DNA of 61,531 nt from Thermoleophilaceae bacterium (GCA_035947555.1 DASZJZ010000081.1:1-61531); one strand, 5' to 3'. Counted from the stretch's first letter, positions 8,492 through 17,237 are shown. A program made the numbers and translations. The notes: generated by a model not told the origin, from the sequence alone.

Positions 8492-8876
8492 GTCGTTCCA
8501 GTACGCGCTGCTGCGCGCGGTGCCGTCCCTCCCCCGCGGCGAGGCGCTCAACGTGGGCGTGGTCCTCTACTCGCCGCGCCACCGCTTCCTCGAGGCGCGG
8601 ACCATCCTGGACCCCGAGCGCCTACGGCTGCTCCACCCGGACCTCGACCTCGACGCCGTGCGGGCGCACCTGGAGCTGATCGAGCAGGTCGCGGCGGGCG
8701 AGCCGACAGCCGGTCCCATCGCGCGCCTCGACCGGAGCGAGCGGTTCGGCTGGATCACCTCGCCGTCGAGCACGGCGATCCAGCCCTCCCCGGTCCACAC
8801 CGGGGTCTGCGACGACCCGGCCGCGATGCTCGACCACCTGTTCGGGTCGCTGGTGGCGACGCCGCGCGCCAGCTAG
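8478..8876 (+). CDS. DUF3037-like protein
   Basis: GTG 8478 (the alternative ATG 8421 lies in the repeat region). VPDAESFQYALLRAVPSLPRGEALNVGVVLYSPRHRFLEAR...SERFGWITSPSSTAIQPSPVH matches my memory of DUF3037. It overlaps the kinase stop by 14 nt. Confidence 0.65.
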   Translation: MPDAESFQYALLRAVPSLPRGEALNVGVVLYSPRHRFLEARTILDPERLRLLHPDLDLDAVRAHLELIEQVAAGEPTAGPIARLDRSERFGWITSPSSTAIQPSPVHTGVCDDPAAMLDHLFGSLVATPRAS

Positions 8877-11014
8877 GCGGGCGCGCCCTCGCGCAGCCCG
8901 AAGCGGGCGTGCAGCCGCGCCAGCGGGCGTGGCGCCCACCAGTTCCAGTCGCCCAGCAGCTTCATCAGCGACGGCACGAGCAGAGCGCGGATGATCGTCG
9001 CGTCTATCAGCACCGCCAGCGCCGTGCCGATGCCGAGCTCCTTGATGAATATGAGCTCGGACGTGGCGAAGGCGCCCACCGCCACGCTGAACAGCAGCGC
9101 GGCAGCGGTCACGATCCGCCCCGTCCGCTCGAGCCCGACGGCCACCGCCTCGTCGTTCGGGAGGCCGGCGTCGCGCGCCTCCTTGATCCGGGCAAGCAGG
9201 AATACGCCGTAGTCGGTCGACAGGCCGAAGGCGACCGCGAACAGGAAGATCGGCTGGGTCGCCTCGAGCGCTCCCTGGCTCGTGTAGTCGAGCAATCCCT
9301 CGAATCGACCGTCCTGGAAGATCAGCACGAGCAAGCCGAAAGCCGCGGACATCGTCAGCAGGTTCATCACCAGCGCCTTGATCGGCAGGACGAGGGAGCC
9401 CGTCATCAGGAACAGAGCGACGAGCGTCGCGCCCATCAGCACCGCCAGCGCCGCCGGTAGGTGGTTGACCAGGCTCTCCTTGAGGTCCACGAGCGTGGCG
9501 GTCTGGCCGCGGCTCAGCACCTCGAACGGAGGGTCGAGCCCGCGCACGTCGCGCACGGCCTGCTGGCTCTCCTCGCTGAGGACCGGGGCCCGCGGCACGG
9601 CGTCCACGAGCGTGAGGCCGTCCCGTGTGCGCGGTCTCCCCACGTCGAGCACGCCGGGCACCTCGCGAACCCGGTCGAGATAGCGGTCGAGCGCGGGCCC
9701 GGGCGGGGCCTCGGCCACCAGCGTGATCGGCGTGGTGCGGCGCACGTCGAAGTCCCGCTTCAGGGCGATGTCGACCTGCCGGGCGCTGCTCGACTCGGGC
9801 AGCACGCTGGCGTCGACGGCGGTGACCTTGAGCCCGAGGAACGGGATGCCCATGGCGATGAGCAGGGCGGCGGAGCCGACGGCGATCGTGCCGGGCCGGC
9901 GCATGACGGCCCGCGACAGCCGGTACCAGGCGCCGGACTGAGCGGGCCGCGCGTCCGCCTGCGCGGCGCGTTGGAGGCGGCGCGGCGCGAGCGCGTTCAC
10001 GCGCGGCCCCAGCAGCGCCAGAACGGCCGGCAGGACGACGAGCGCCACGGCGCCGGCCAGCACCGCCACCATCATGCCTCCGATGCCCATGGAGTAGAGG
10101 AAGCGCTGCGGGAAGAGCAGCAGCGACCCGAGGGCGGCGGCGACGGTGACCGAGCTGAACAGGACCGTGCGGCCTGCGGTGGCGAGCGTGCGGCGGATCG
10201 CCTCGGCGCCCGGCCCCACGTCGGCGACCTCCTCGCGGTAGCGAGAGACGATGAAGAGCGAGTAGTCGATTGCGAGACCGAGGCCGAGGCCGGTCGTCAC
10301 GTTGAGCGCGAACACCGAGATCGAGCCGAACTCCGAGCCGATGCGGAGGCCGAACAGCGTGAGCACGATCGCCATGCCGCCCACCAGCAGCGGGAGCAGG
10401 GCCGCCACGACGCTGCGGAAGAAGAGGAACGACAGGAGGAAGAGCAGCGGGAAGGCGAGCAGCTCGGCACGGGCGAGGTCCTCGGAGACCTGCTCGTTCA
10501 CCTGCGGGCTCGCCACCGCGAAGCCGCCCAGCGTGACACCTTCGTATCCCTCGAACCGGTCGATCAGCCGCTCGCCCGCGTCGTTTTCGTCGGCCCCTGG
10601 GCGGAGCGAGGCCGCGACGTAGGTGGAGCGCCCGTCGCGGGCGACGAGGGCGCGGCCACCCTGCTCGAAGGTGACGACGTCGCCCACGTCGGGCTCGGCG
10701 CGCAGCTCGCGCGCGACGCCGGCCACGCGGGCGCGGACCTCGGGCGTGTTCACGCCTCCCGGTGTGTCGACGAGCACAACCACGTCCACCCCGGCTCCGA
10801 CGCCCGCCCGCTCGAGCAGGGCGTCGGCCTGCACTGACTCCGTGGCCGGGTCGTCGGCGGCGTATGGGTCGAGCCGATCGGCCACCGAGGAGCCCGCGAC
10901 CGCCGCCGCGACGACCACGAGCACCGCCACCAGCACGACCCGCTTGGGTCTGCGGGTGGCGAGGCTTGTGAGGGCCGCGAACATTGGAGGCAAGCACCGT
11001 ACCATGTTTTCCAA
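8873..11014 (-). CDS. MMPL family (RND superfamily) transporter
   Basis: 713 aa with two blocks of TM helices and two extracytoplasmic loops. Typical MMPL strings GLGLAIDYSLFIVSRYREE and AFGLSTDYGVFLLARIKEA. The start may instead be the internal MFAALTSL (10984). Confidence 0.85.
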   Translation of the reverse strand: MENMVRCLPPMFAALTSLATRRPKRVVLVAVLVVVAAAVAGSSVADRLDPYAADDPATESVQADALLERAGVGAGVDVVVLVDTPGGVNTPEVRARVAGVARELRAEPDVGDVVTFEQGGRALVARDGRSTYVAASLRPGADENDAGERLIDRFEGYEGVTLGGFAVASPQVNEQVSEDLARAELLAFPLLFLLSFLFFRSVVAALLPLLVGGMAIVLTLFGLRIGSEFGSISVFALNVTTGLGLGLAIDYSLFIVSRYREEVADVGPGAEAIRRTLATAGRTVLFSSVTVAAALGSLLLFPQRFLYSMGIGGMMVAVLAGAVALVVLPAVLALLGPRVNALAPRRLQRAAQADARPAQSGAWYRLSRAVMRRPGTIAVGSAALLIAMGIPFLGLKVTAVDASVLPESSSARQVDIALKRDFDVRRTTPITLVAEAPPGPALDRYLDRVREVPGVLDVGRPRTRDGLTLVDAVPRAPVLSEESQQAVRDVRGLDPPFEVLSRGQTATLVDLKESLVNHLPAALAVLMGATLVALFLMTGSLVLPIKALVMNLLTMSAAFGLLVLIFQDGRFEGLLDYTSQGALEATQPIFLFAVAFGLSTDYGVFLLARIKEARDAGLPNDEAVAVGLERTGRIVTAAALLFSVAVGAFATSELIFIKELGIGTALAVLIDATIIRALLVPSLMKLLGDWNWWAPRPLARLHARFGLREGAPA

Positions 11015-11043
11015 GTAGCTGCTGGGTTAATATGGTGGTAGCC

Positions 11044-11691
11044 ATGGTTTCGAGGCGGACCTACCCGGAGTACTGCGCGATCGCCCGCTCGCTGGACCTG
11101 CTCGGTCAGCGCTGGACGCTCTTGGTCGTGCGCGACCTGTTCCTCGGCCCGCAGCGCTACACCGACCTGCAGGCCGGACTGCCGGGGATCGCGAGCGACA
11201 TCCTCACCGCGCGCCTACGCGCGCTCGAGGACGAGGGCCTGGTGCGCCGCCGCGACCTCCCGCCGCCCGCCCCGGCCACGGTCTACGAGCTCACGGAGGC
11301 CGGCCGCCGTCTCGGACCGCTGATCCGCGCGCTGGGCGAGGTGGGCCTGACGCTGCTCGACACACCCGCCCCGGGCCAGCCCGTCAATCCGGGCCCGGTC
11401 GTGATGTCGCTGAACCTCGTCTTCCGGGCGGACCAGGCCGGCGGCGTGAAGGAGACGTACGGCCTCGAGCTGGACGGCCACGCCTTCACGGTGCAGGTGG
11501 ACGGCGACACGGTGACGACCGAGCGCGGCGCCCCAGCCTCACCCGCCGCCACATTCAGGACGGCCCCGCGAACGCTCGTCGGCCTCCTGCGCGGCGAGAC
11601 GACGACGGCTGCCGCGGAAGCCCGCGGCGACCTCGAGGTCGAAGGCGACCGCGCCGCGCTGGACCGCTTCACCGCGCTGTTCCTCGGCTAG
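11044..11691 (+). CDS. HxlR-family winged-helix transcriptional regulator with C-terminal SCP2-like extension
   Basis: MVSRRTYPEYCAIARSLDLLGQRWTLLVVRDLFLGPQRYTDLQAGLPGIASDILTARLRALEDEGLV is a canonical HxlR HTH. Divergent from the MMPL gene. The start could be 11032. Confidence 0.8.
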   Translation: MVSRRTYPEYCAIARSLDLLGQRWTLLVVRDLFLGPQRYTDLQAGLPGIASDILTARLRALEDEGLVRRRDLPPPAPATVYELTEAGRRLGPLIRALGEVGLTLLDTPAPGQPVNPGPVVMSLNLVFRADQAGGVKETYGLELDGHAFTVQVDGDTVTTERGAPASPAATFRTAPRTLVGLLRGETTTAAAEARGDLEVEGDRAALDRFTALFLG

Positions 11692-12716
11692 TCGACGAGC
11701 GACGTCACCGCGGAGCGTGCCGGCCTGACGAACACGCGCGCTCCCACCTCGTACAGCTCCAGCGAGGGCAGCTGCACCAGCACCGTGCGGCCGCCCTCGT
11801 GGCGCAGGCGGTAGAGCACGTCGTGGCCGCGGAACTCGCGGGCCACCACCTCGGCGTTTCCGTCGTGGCGCGCGGTCAGCTCGAGCTGCTCGGGGCGCAC
11901 CGCCACGTGCACCGTCCCGCTGGCGGGCGCGCGCAGGTCGAAGCCGCCCAGCTCGGTCTCAACCCGGCCCTCGCGCGCCACTCCCGCCAGCACGTTCACC
12001 TCGCCCACGAACTGCGCCGCCCAGCGGCTCGCCGGCCTGCCGTACACCTCCTCGGGCGCGCCGACCTGCACGATCCGGCCCTCGCGCATCACCGCCAGGC
12101 GGTCGGCCAGCGAGAGGGCCTCCTCCTGGTCGTGGGTCACGAGCAGGGCGGTGGCCTCGGCGTCGCGCAGGATCAGCTCGACCTCGCGACGGAGGTCGGC
12201 GCGCAGGGTGGCGTCGAGGCTCGAGAAGGGTTCGTCCAGGAGCACCACCTCGGGCTCCGGTGCCAGGGCGCGGGCCAGCGCGACCCGCTGGCGCTCGCCG
12301 CCGGACAGCTCGTGCGGGTAGCGGCTCGTCTTGTGCTGGAGCCCGACGAGCTCGAGCGCCCGGCGGGTGAGGGAGTCGCGCTCGGCACGCGGGCGGCGGG
12401 ACAGGCCGAAGGCGATGTTCGCCTCCACGGTGAGGTGCGGGAAGAGCGCGTAGTCCTGGAACACCATGCCCACCCGCCGGCGCTCTGGCGGGACTAAGCG
12501 GGCCGGGCCTGCAACGGTGTCCTCGCCGACCTGGACGGCTCCGGAGTCGGGCGTCTCGAAGCCCGCGATCAGCCGCAGCAGCGTGGTCTTCCCGCACCCG
12601 GACGGCCCGAGCACCGCCATCAGCTCGCCGCGCTCGACCTCCAGGCTCACGGCGCGCACGGCGTGCGTCCGCCCGAACGACTTCGACACCTCGCGCAGCC
12701 GGATCGGCGAGCTCAC
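11688..12716 (-). CDS. ABC transporter ATP-binding protein (FbpC/PotA-like, iron(III) importer)
   Basis: GTG 12716 overlaps the permease stop (GTGA). Walker A GPSGCGKTT, signature LSGGERQRVALARAL, Walker B VVLLDEPFSSLD. The upstream 150 aa of the track ORF is R/A-rich shadow. Confidence 0.85.
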   Translation of the reverse strand: MSSPIRLREVSKSFGRTHAVRAVSLEVERGELMAVLGPSGCGKTTLLRLIAGFETPDSGAVQVGEDTVAGPARLVPPERRRVGMVFQDYALFPHLTVEANIAFGLSRRPRAERDSLTRRALELVGLQHKTSRYPHELSGGERQRVALARALAPEPEVVLLDEPFSSLDATLRADLRREVELILRDAEATALLVTHDQEEALSLADRLAVMREGRIVQVGAPEEVYGRPASRWAAQFVGEVNVLAGVAREGRVETELGGFDLRAPASGTVHVAVRPEQLELTARHDGNAEVVAREFRGHDVLYRLRHEGGRTVLVQLPSLELYEVGARVFVRPARSAVTSLVD

Positions 12717-14281
12717 GCCGGCACCGCCTCCAGCTCCGCCCCGCGCCGGCCGGACAGGCGGATCATCGCCGCCACCGGCAGCAGCCCGACCATCACGATC
12801 AGGAGCGCCGGAAGGGCGGCGGTCTCGAACAGCGACTCGGTGGTGGCCTGCCAGACGGCGATCGCGAGCGTGTCGCCGCCGGTGGGCCGCAGCAGCAGCG
12901 TGGCCGGCAGCTCCTTCATCACCTCCACGAACACGAGCAGCGAGGCGGTGGCCAGCCCGGCGCGCATCATCGGCACATGCACGCGCGCGAGCACGTCGAG
13001 CCGGTCTGCGCCGAGGCCGCGGGCCGCCTCGTCGAGCTGCGGAGAGATGCGGGTGAGCCCTCCCTCGATCGAGCCCCAGGCCAGGGCGAGGAAGCGCACG
13101 AGATAGGCGAAGAGCAATCCGATCACGGTGCCGGTGAGAACGAGGCCCGCCCCGGTTAGCGCGTCGACCCGGTGATCGAGCCACGCGAGCGGCACGATCA
13201 CCGCGACCGCCACGACCGAGCCGGGCAGGCCGTAGCCGATCGTAGCTGCCCTAGCCGCCCCGGCAGCCGCATGGGAGCGGCTCGCCCGCACGCCGTAGGC
13301 GAGGAGCAGGGCGACGATCGGGACGAGCAGCGCGCTCACCGCCGCCAGCAGCACGCTGTTGCGCGCGGCGGTGGCGAACTCCGGCGCGAGCAGGCCTTCG
13401 TCGATCGCCTCGAGCGACCACACGGCGAGCTGAGCGAGCGGCGCCGCCACCACCAGGCCCAGCAGCGCCAAGGGGAGGACCGCGGCGGCCGCCGCGGCGG
13501 GCCCGCGCAGCCTGATCGGCGGCACCACGTCGCCCCTCGCGGCGTGCTGGTGGTAGCGCGCGCGGCCGCGGGCCAGCCGTTCGAGCAGCAGCAGCGTGAG
13601 CGTGACCGACACCAGCAGGGTGGCGAGCTGCATGGCGGCGTCGCGGTCGAGCGCCGTGAACCAGACGCGGTAGATCGCGTCGGTGAACGTCCCGACCCCG
13701 AGCAGGTTGACGGTGCCGAAGTCGGCCAGGGCCTCCATGAGGGCCAGCGCCACGCCGCCGAGGATCGCCGGGCGCGCCAGCGGGATCGCCACCTTCATGA
13801 GGGCTCCCCGGCGCGAGAGCCCGAGCCCGCGGGCGGCCTCGAGCAGCGTTCGCGACTGCGCGAGGAACGCCGCTCTCGCGAGCAGGTAGACGTACGGGTA
13901 GAGCACGAGCGTGAACACGCAGATGGCGCCGAGCTGCGAGCGGATCCCGGGCACGTCGAGGCCGAGGGCGAATAGCGTGAACACGTAGCCCGGCATGGCG
14001 AGCGGAAGCACGAGCGCCCACTCGATCCAGCCGCGCCCGGGGAAGTCGCAGAACGAGACGAGCGCGGCGAGCGCCGTGCCGAGCACGAGCACTCCGACGC
14101 CGACGCCGACGAGCAGCACGGCTGTCGCCGCGAGGGCCTCCGGCACGAGCCCGGAGAAGCGGGAGAGGCTCTCGGGTGCGGCTATGAACGAGATCGGGAG
14201 GCCTAGCAGCGGGCCCGCCACCGCCAGCGCGGTGAGCAACGTGAAGACGGTCCAGCCGTCGAGGCGCCGCGTCAGTCCCAA
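12713..14281 (-). CDS. iron(III) ABC transporter permease, duplicated two-domain type (FbpB-like)
   Basis: About 520 aa of hydrophobic TM sequence beginning ...LTRRLDGWTVFTLLTALAV. An in-frame TTG at 14281 overlaps the SBP stop. The upstream part of the track ORF is shadow. Confidence 0.75.
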   Translation of the reverse strand: MGLTRRLDGWTVFTLLTALAVAGPLLGLPISFIAAPESLSRFSGLVPEALAATAVLLVGVGVGVLVLGTALAALVSFCDFPGRGWIEWALVLPLAMPGYVFTLFALGLDVPGIRSQLGAICVFTLVLYPYVYLLARAAFLAQSRTLLEAARGLGLSRRGALMKVAIPLARPAILGGVALALMEALADFGTVNLLGVGTFTDAIYRVWFTALDRDAAMQLATLLVSVTLTLLLLERLARGRARYHQHAARGDVVPPIRLRGPAAAAAAVLPLALLGLVVAAPLAQLAVWSLEAIDEGLLAPEFATAARNSVLLAAVSALLVPIVALLLAYGVRASRSHAAAGAARAATIGYGLPGSVVAVAVIVPLAWLDHRVDALTGAGLVLTGTVIGLLFAYLVRFLALAWGSIEGGLTRISPQLDEAARGLGADRLDVLARVHVPMMRAGLATASLLVFVEVMKELPATLLLRPTGGDTLAIAVWQATTESLFETAALPALLIVMVGLLPVAAMIRLSGRRGAELEAVPA

Positions 14282-15270
14282 CCCACCTCGACCATCAGGC
14301 TCAGGGCGTCGTCGAGCCGCGAGCCGGCACGCCGCACGTCGATCGGGTCCGCCTTGAACTCGAGCTCCTCGGTCACCGGGAATTCGTGGTTGTTGTCGGA
14401 GAAGACCTGCTGCTGGTCCGGCGAGACGAGGAACTCGATCAGCTCGCGCGCCTCGTCCTTCCGGTCGCCGGCGGCAACGACGCCCATGCCGGACAGGTTC
14501 ACGTGCGTGCCGCGGCCTTGCTGGTCGGCCCAGACCGGCTCGACCGGGAAGTCCGGGTTCTCCTCCTTCTCGCGCGCGAGGTAGTAGTGGTTCGTGAGCC
14601 CGACGTCGCAGTCGCCGTCGGCGATCGCGTCGAGCACCTCGACGTCGGAGCCGAGGATCTCGGGATCGTTGTCCATCCAGCTGCGCAGCATCCGCTCGGT
14701 CGGCTCGGGGCCGTCCTTGGCGAGGCGGTCGGCCACGAAGGAGACGTTGTACTCGCTGGTGCCGTCGCGCAGGCAGAGGCGGTCGCGCCAGCGGGGATCG
14801 CCGAGGGCCTCGTAGGTCGTCACCTCGTTCGGACCGACGCGCTCGGACGAGCGCATGATGGTGCGGGCGCGCAGCGCGAGGCCGTACCAGTGGCCTTCCT
14901 GGTCCCGAAGCGCCTTGGGAACGAGCCGGTCGAGCTCCGGCGAGCTGACCGGCTCCAGCAGGCCGTCCTCGGTGGCGCGCCACAGGTTGGCGGCGTCCAC
15001 TGTGATGAGCACGTCGGCCGGCGTGTCCTCGCCCTCGGCCTTGATGCGCTCGTAGAGCTCGGTGGCCTCGCCGCCGCGGATGCGCAGGTCGGCGCCGGTC
15101 TCGGCGGCGAAGTCCAAGAAGGGCTGCTCCTCGCCGTAGTGGGAGCGGGCGGAGTAGATGTCGAGGCCGTCGGATGACGAGCCGGAGGTGGCGAGCACGA
15201 CGCCGACGAGGGCCAGGACGAGGAGGGTGGCGCCGGCGGCCAGGACCGCGATGAGGCCGCGTCGCGACAT
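14272..15270 (-). CDS. Fe(3+)-type ABC transporter substrate-binding protein (FbpA/AfuA-like)
   Basis: Start ATG 15270 (MSRRGLIAVLAAGATLLVLALVG, signal/anchor). LDIYSARSHYGEEQPF...ADVLITVDAANLW is typical of ferric-binding SBPs. Confidence 0.75.
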   Translation of the reverse strand: MSRRGLIAVLAAGATLLVLALVGVVLATSGSSSDGLDIYSARSHYGEEQPFLDFAAETGADLRIRGGEATELYERIKAEGEDTPADVLITVDAANLWRATEDGLLEPVSSPELDRLVPKALRDQEGHWYGLALRARTIMRSSERVGPNEVTTYEALGDPRWRDRLCLRDGTSEYNVSFVADRLAKDGPEPTERMLRSWMDNDPEILGSDVEVLDAIADGDCDVGLTNHYYLAREKEENPDFPVEPVWADQQGRGTHVNLSGMGVVAAGDRKDEARELIEFLVSPDQQQVFSDNNHEFPVTEELEFKADPIDVRRAGSRLDDALSLMVEVGWD

Positions 15271-15343
15271 CGCTAGCGGGCCCCCGTGGCGGGCGCGGGC
15301 GGGAGCGGACGTCTCCCTATCGCGGCGCCCCTCGTCCGCATTG

Positions 15344-15592
15344 CTACGGGGTGGTCTCCGTCTCGGACTCGGTCTCGGTCTCGGGCTCCGTCTCCGTCTC
15401 CGGAGCGGTCTCCGTGGCCGTTCCGGCGGTCTCCGTCCCCACCGTCTCCGTGCCCGTCCCGGCCGCCGTACCGGTGCCCTCGGTCTGGAATTCGACCTCC
15501 CCCTCGCGGTCCTCGCCGCACGCGGCGACCCCGACCGCGGCGCCCGTGCCGAGCGCCGCCGCAACCAGCAGAACTCCCACCTTTCTGAGCAT
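15344..15592 (-). CDS. small putative lipoprotein with Thr/Glu-repeat tail
   Basis: 82 aa. Signal peptide plus lipobox-like VAAC (MLRKVGVLLVAAALGTGAAVGVAACG), then GTGTAAGTGTETVGTETAGTATETAPETETEPETETESETETTP. Sits directly upstream of the iron ABC operon. Confidence 0.45.
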   Translation of the reverse strand: MLRKVGVLLVAAALGTGAAVGVAACGEDREGEVEFQTEGTGTAAGTGTETVGTETAGTATETAPETETEPETETESETETTP

Positions 15593-15596
15593 GCGC

Positions 15597-15612
15597 GTTA
15601 GGGTACCCTAAC
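15597..15612. promoter_or_regulatory. perfect 16-bp palindrome GTTAGGGTACCCTAAC in the divergent iron-ABC / sufB intergenic region (candidate metalloregulator operator)
   Basis: Read directly. Half-sites TTAGG/CCTAA resemble DtxR/IdeR box arms but with different spacing. It lies 5 nt from the lipoprotein start and 52 nt from the sufB ATG. Confidence 0.4.
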
Positions 15613-15663
15613 TCCGACCTTGCGGGTCTGATAAGCGGCCCGGCGCGCTAACCTTGGGGGCGT

Positions 15664-17064
15664 ATGGCAGCCACTGACAAGACCCGCATCGCCAAGCCCA
15701 GCCCCATCAAGGAGAACGAGCAGGGACAGCTCGTCGCCAAGAAGGGCATCTCCCGTGAGGTGATCGAGGAGCTCTCCAAGATCAAGGGAGAGCCCGATTG
15801 GATGCGCGACAAGCGGCTCAAGTCCTTCGAGATCTTCGAGCGCAAGCCGATCCCCACCTGGGGCGTCGACCTGTCCGACCTAGATCTGACCCAGCTCGTC
15901 CTCTACTCCCCGCCCGAGGCCGGCCGCTACAACAGCTGGGACGAGGTCCCGCAGGAGATGAAGGACACCTACGAGAAGCTCGGCATCCCGCAGGCGGAGC
16001 GCGAGCATCTCGCCGGCGTGGTGGGCGTGTGGCGCCAGGAGCCGTTCTACGAGGGTCTCAAGCAGGAGTACGCCGACAAGGGCATCCTCTTCTGCGCGAT
16101 GGACACGGCGGTCCAGGAGCACGAGGACCTCGTCCGTGAGTACTTCATGAACAAGTGCGTGCCGCCGCAGGACAACAAGTTCTCGGCGCTGCACGGCGCG
16201 GTGTGGTCAGGCGGCTCGTTCCTGTACGTGCCGAAGGACGTGAAGGTCGACCTCCCGCTCCAGGCCTACTTCCGCATGGAGGGCTCCGGCGAGGGCACCT
16301 TCGAGCACACGCTGATCATCGCCGACGAGGGCTCCGACGTGAACTACATCGAGGGCTGCACGGCGCAGACGTACAGCGTCAACTCGATGCACTCCGCGGT
16401 GGTGGAGATCTTCGTCAAGGAAGGCGCGAAGGCCCGTTACACGACCGTGCAGAACTGGTCGAAGGACGTCTTCAACCTGAACACGAAGCGGGCGATCGTG
16501 GAGGCGCACGGGACCGTCGAGTGGGTCGGCGGGTCGATGGGCGCCAAGAGGGTGATGCTCTACCCCGGCTCGTTCCTGATCGGGGAGGGCGCGCGTGCCG
16601 ATCACTTGAACGTGGGCGTGGCCTCCGGCGACGTGTGGAAGGACACCGGCGCCAAGGTCGTCCACCTGGCGCCGAACACGAACTCGAACATCCTCGCCAA
16701 GTCGATCTCCATGGACGGCGGGATCATGGGCTACCGCGGCCTGGTCCGGATGGGCCACAACTCGCAGGGCTCGAAGGCCCGCGTGCAGTGCGACGGCCTG
16801 ATGATGGACGACCGCTCGCGCTCTGACACCTGGCCCGACATCCAGATCCAGAACCCGCACGTCACCGTGGCCCACGAGGCCGTGGTCGGCAAGATCTCCG
16901 ACGAGCAGCTCTTCTACCTGCAGTCCCGCGGCCTCTCGGAGGAGGAAGCGGCGGCGATGATCGTGAACGGCTTCATCGAGCCGGTCACGAAGGAGCTGCC
17001 GATGGAGTACGCCGTCGAGCTGAACCGCCTGATTCAGCTCGAGATGGTGGACTCGATCGGCTAA
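15664..17064 (+). CDS. sufB: Fe-S cluster assembly protein SufB
   Basis: 466 aa. Full-length SufB-like sequence (KGEPDWMRDKRLKSFEIF...HTLIIADEGSDVNYIEGCTA...HEAVVGKISDEQLFYLQSRGLSEEEA). Confidence 0.9.
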   Translation: MAATDKTRIAKPSPIKENEQGQLVAKKGISREVIEELSKIKGEPDWMRDKRLKSFEIFERKPIPTWGVDLSDLDLTQLVLYSPPEAGRYNSWDEVPQEMKDTYEKLGIPQAEREHLAGVVGVWRQEPFYEGLKQEYADKGILFCAMDTAVQEHEDLVREYFMNKCVPPQDNKFSALHGAVWSGGSFLYVPKDVKVDLPLQAYFRMEGSGEGTFEHTLIIADEGSDVNYIEGCTAQTYSVNSMHSAVVEIFVKEGAKARYTTVQNWSKDVFNLNTKRAIVEAHGTVEWVGGSMGAKRVMLYPGSFLIGEGARADHLNVGVASGDVWKDTGAKVVHLAPNTNSNILAKSISMDGGIMGYRGLVRMGHNSQGSKARVQCDGLMMDDRSRSDTWPDIQIQNPHVTVAHEAVVGKISDEQLFYLQSRGLSEEEAAAMIVNGFIEPVTKELPMEYAVELNRLIQLEMVDSIG

Positions 17065-17084
17065 GCGGCGCGGGCCCGCCGGGC

Positions 17085-17237
17085 GTGGCGTTCCTGTACC
17101 GGCTGCTTCCGCCGCGTCCAACCTTCGCGGAAAACATCGGTCCGGCGGAGGCGGAAGCCATGCACGAGGATCCGGCGGTCGCGAGCGGCACGTGCACGTA
17201 CGAGGTCGTGCCGATGCAGCTCATCAGGCCCGGCTGA
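17085..17237 (+). pseudogene. 50-codon ORF resembling an internally deleted YciI-like protein
   Basis: VAFLYRLLPPRPTFAENIGPAEAEAMHE|DPAVASGTCTYEVVPMQLIRPG. From memory, the N- and C-terminal motifs match about 95-aa YciI-family proteins and the middle about 45 aa is absent. Confidence 0.3.

Noticed and set aside
8622-11045. 807-aa minus-strand ORF overlapping the MMPL gene in another frame
   Set aside because: It is R/G/P/A-rich nonsense composition. The frame 8873..11014 gives a canonical MMPL transporter.
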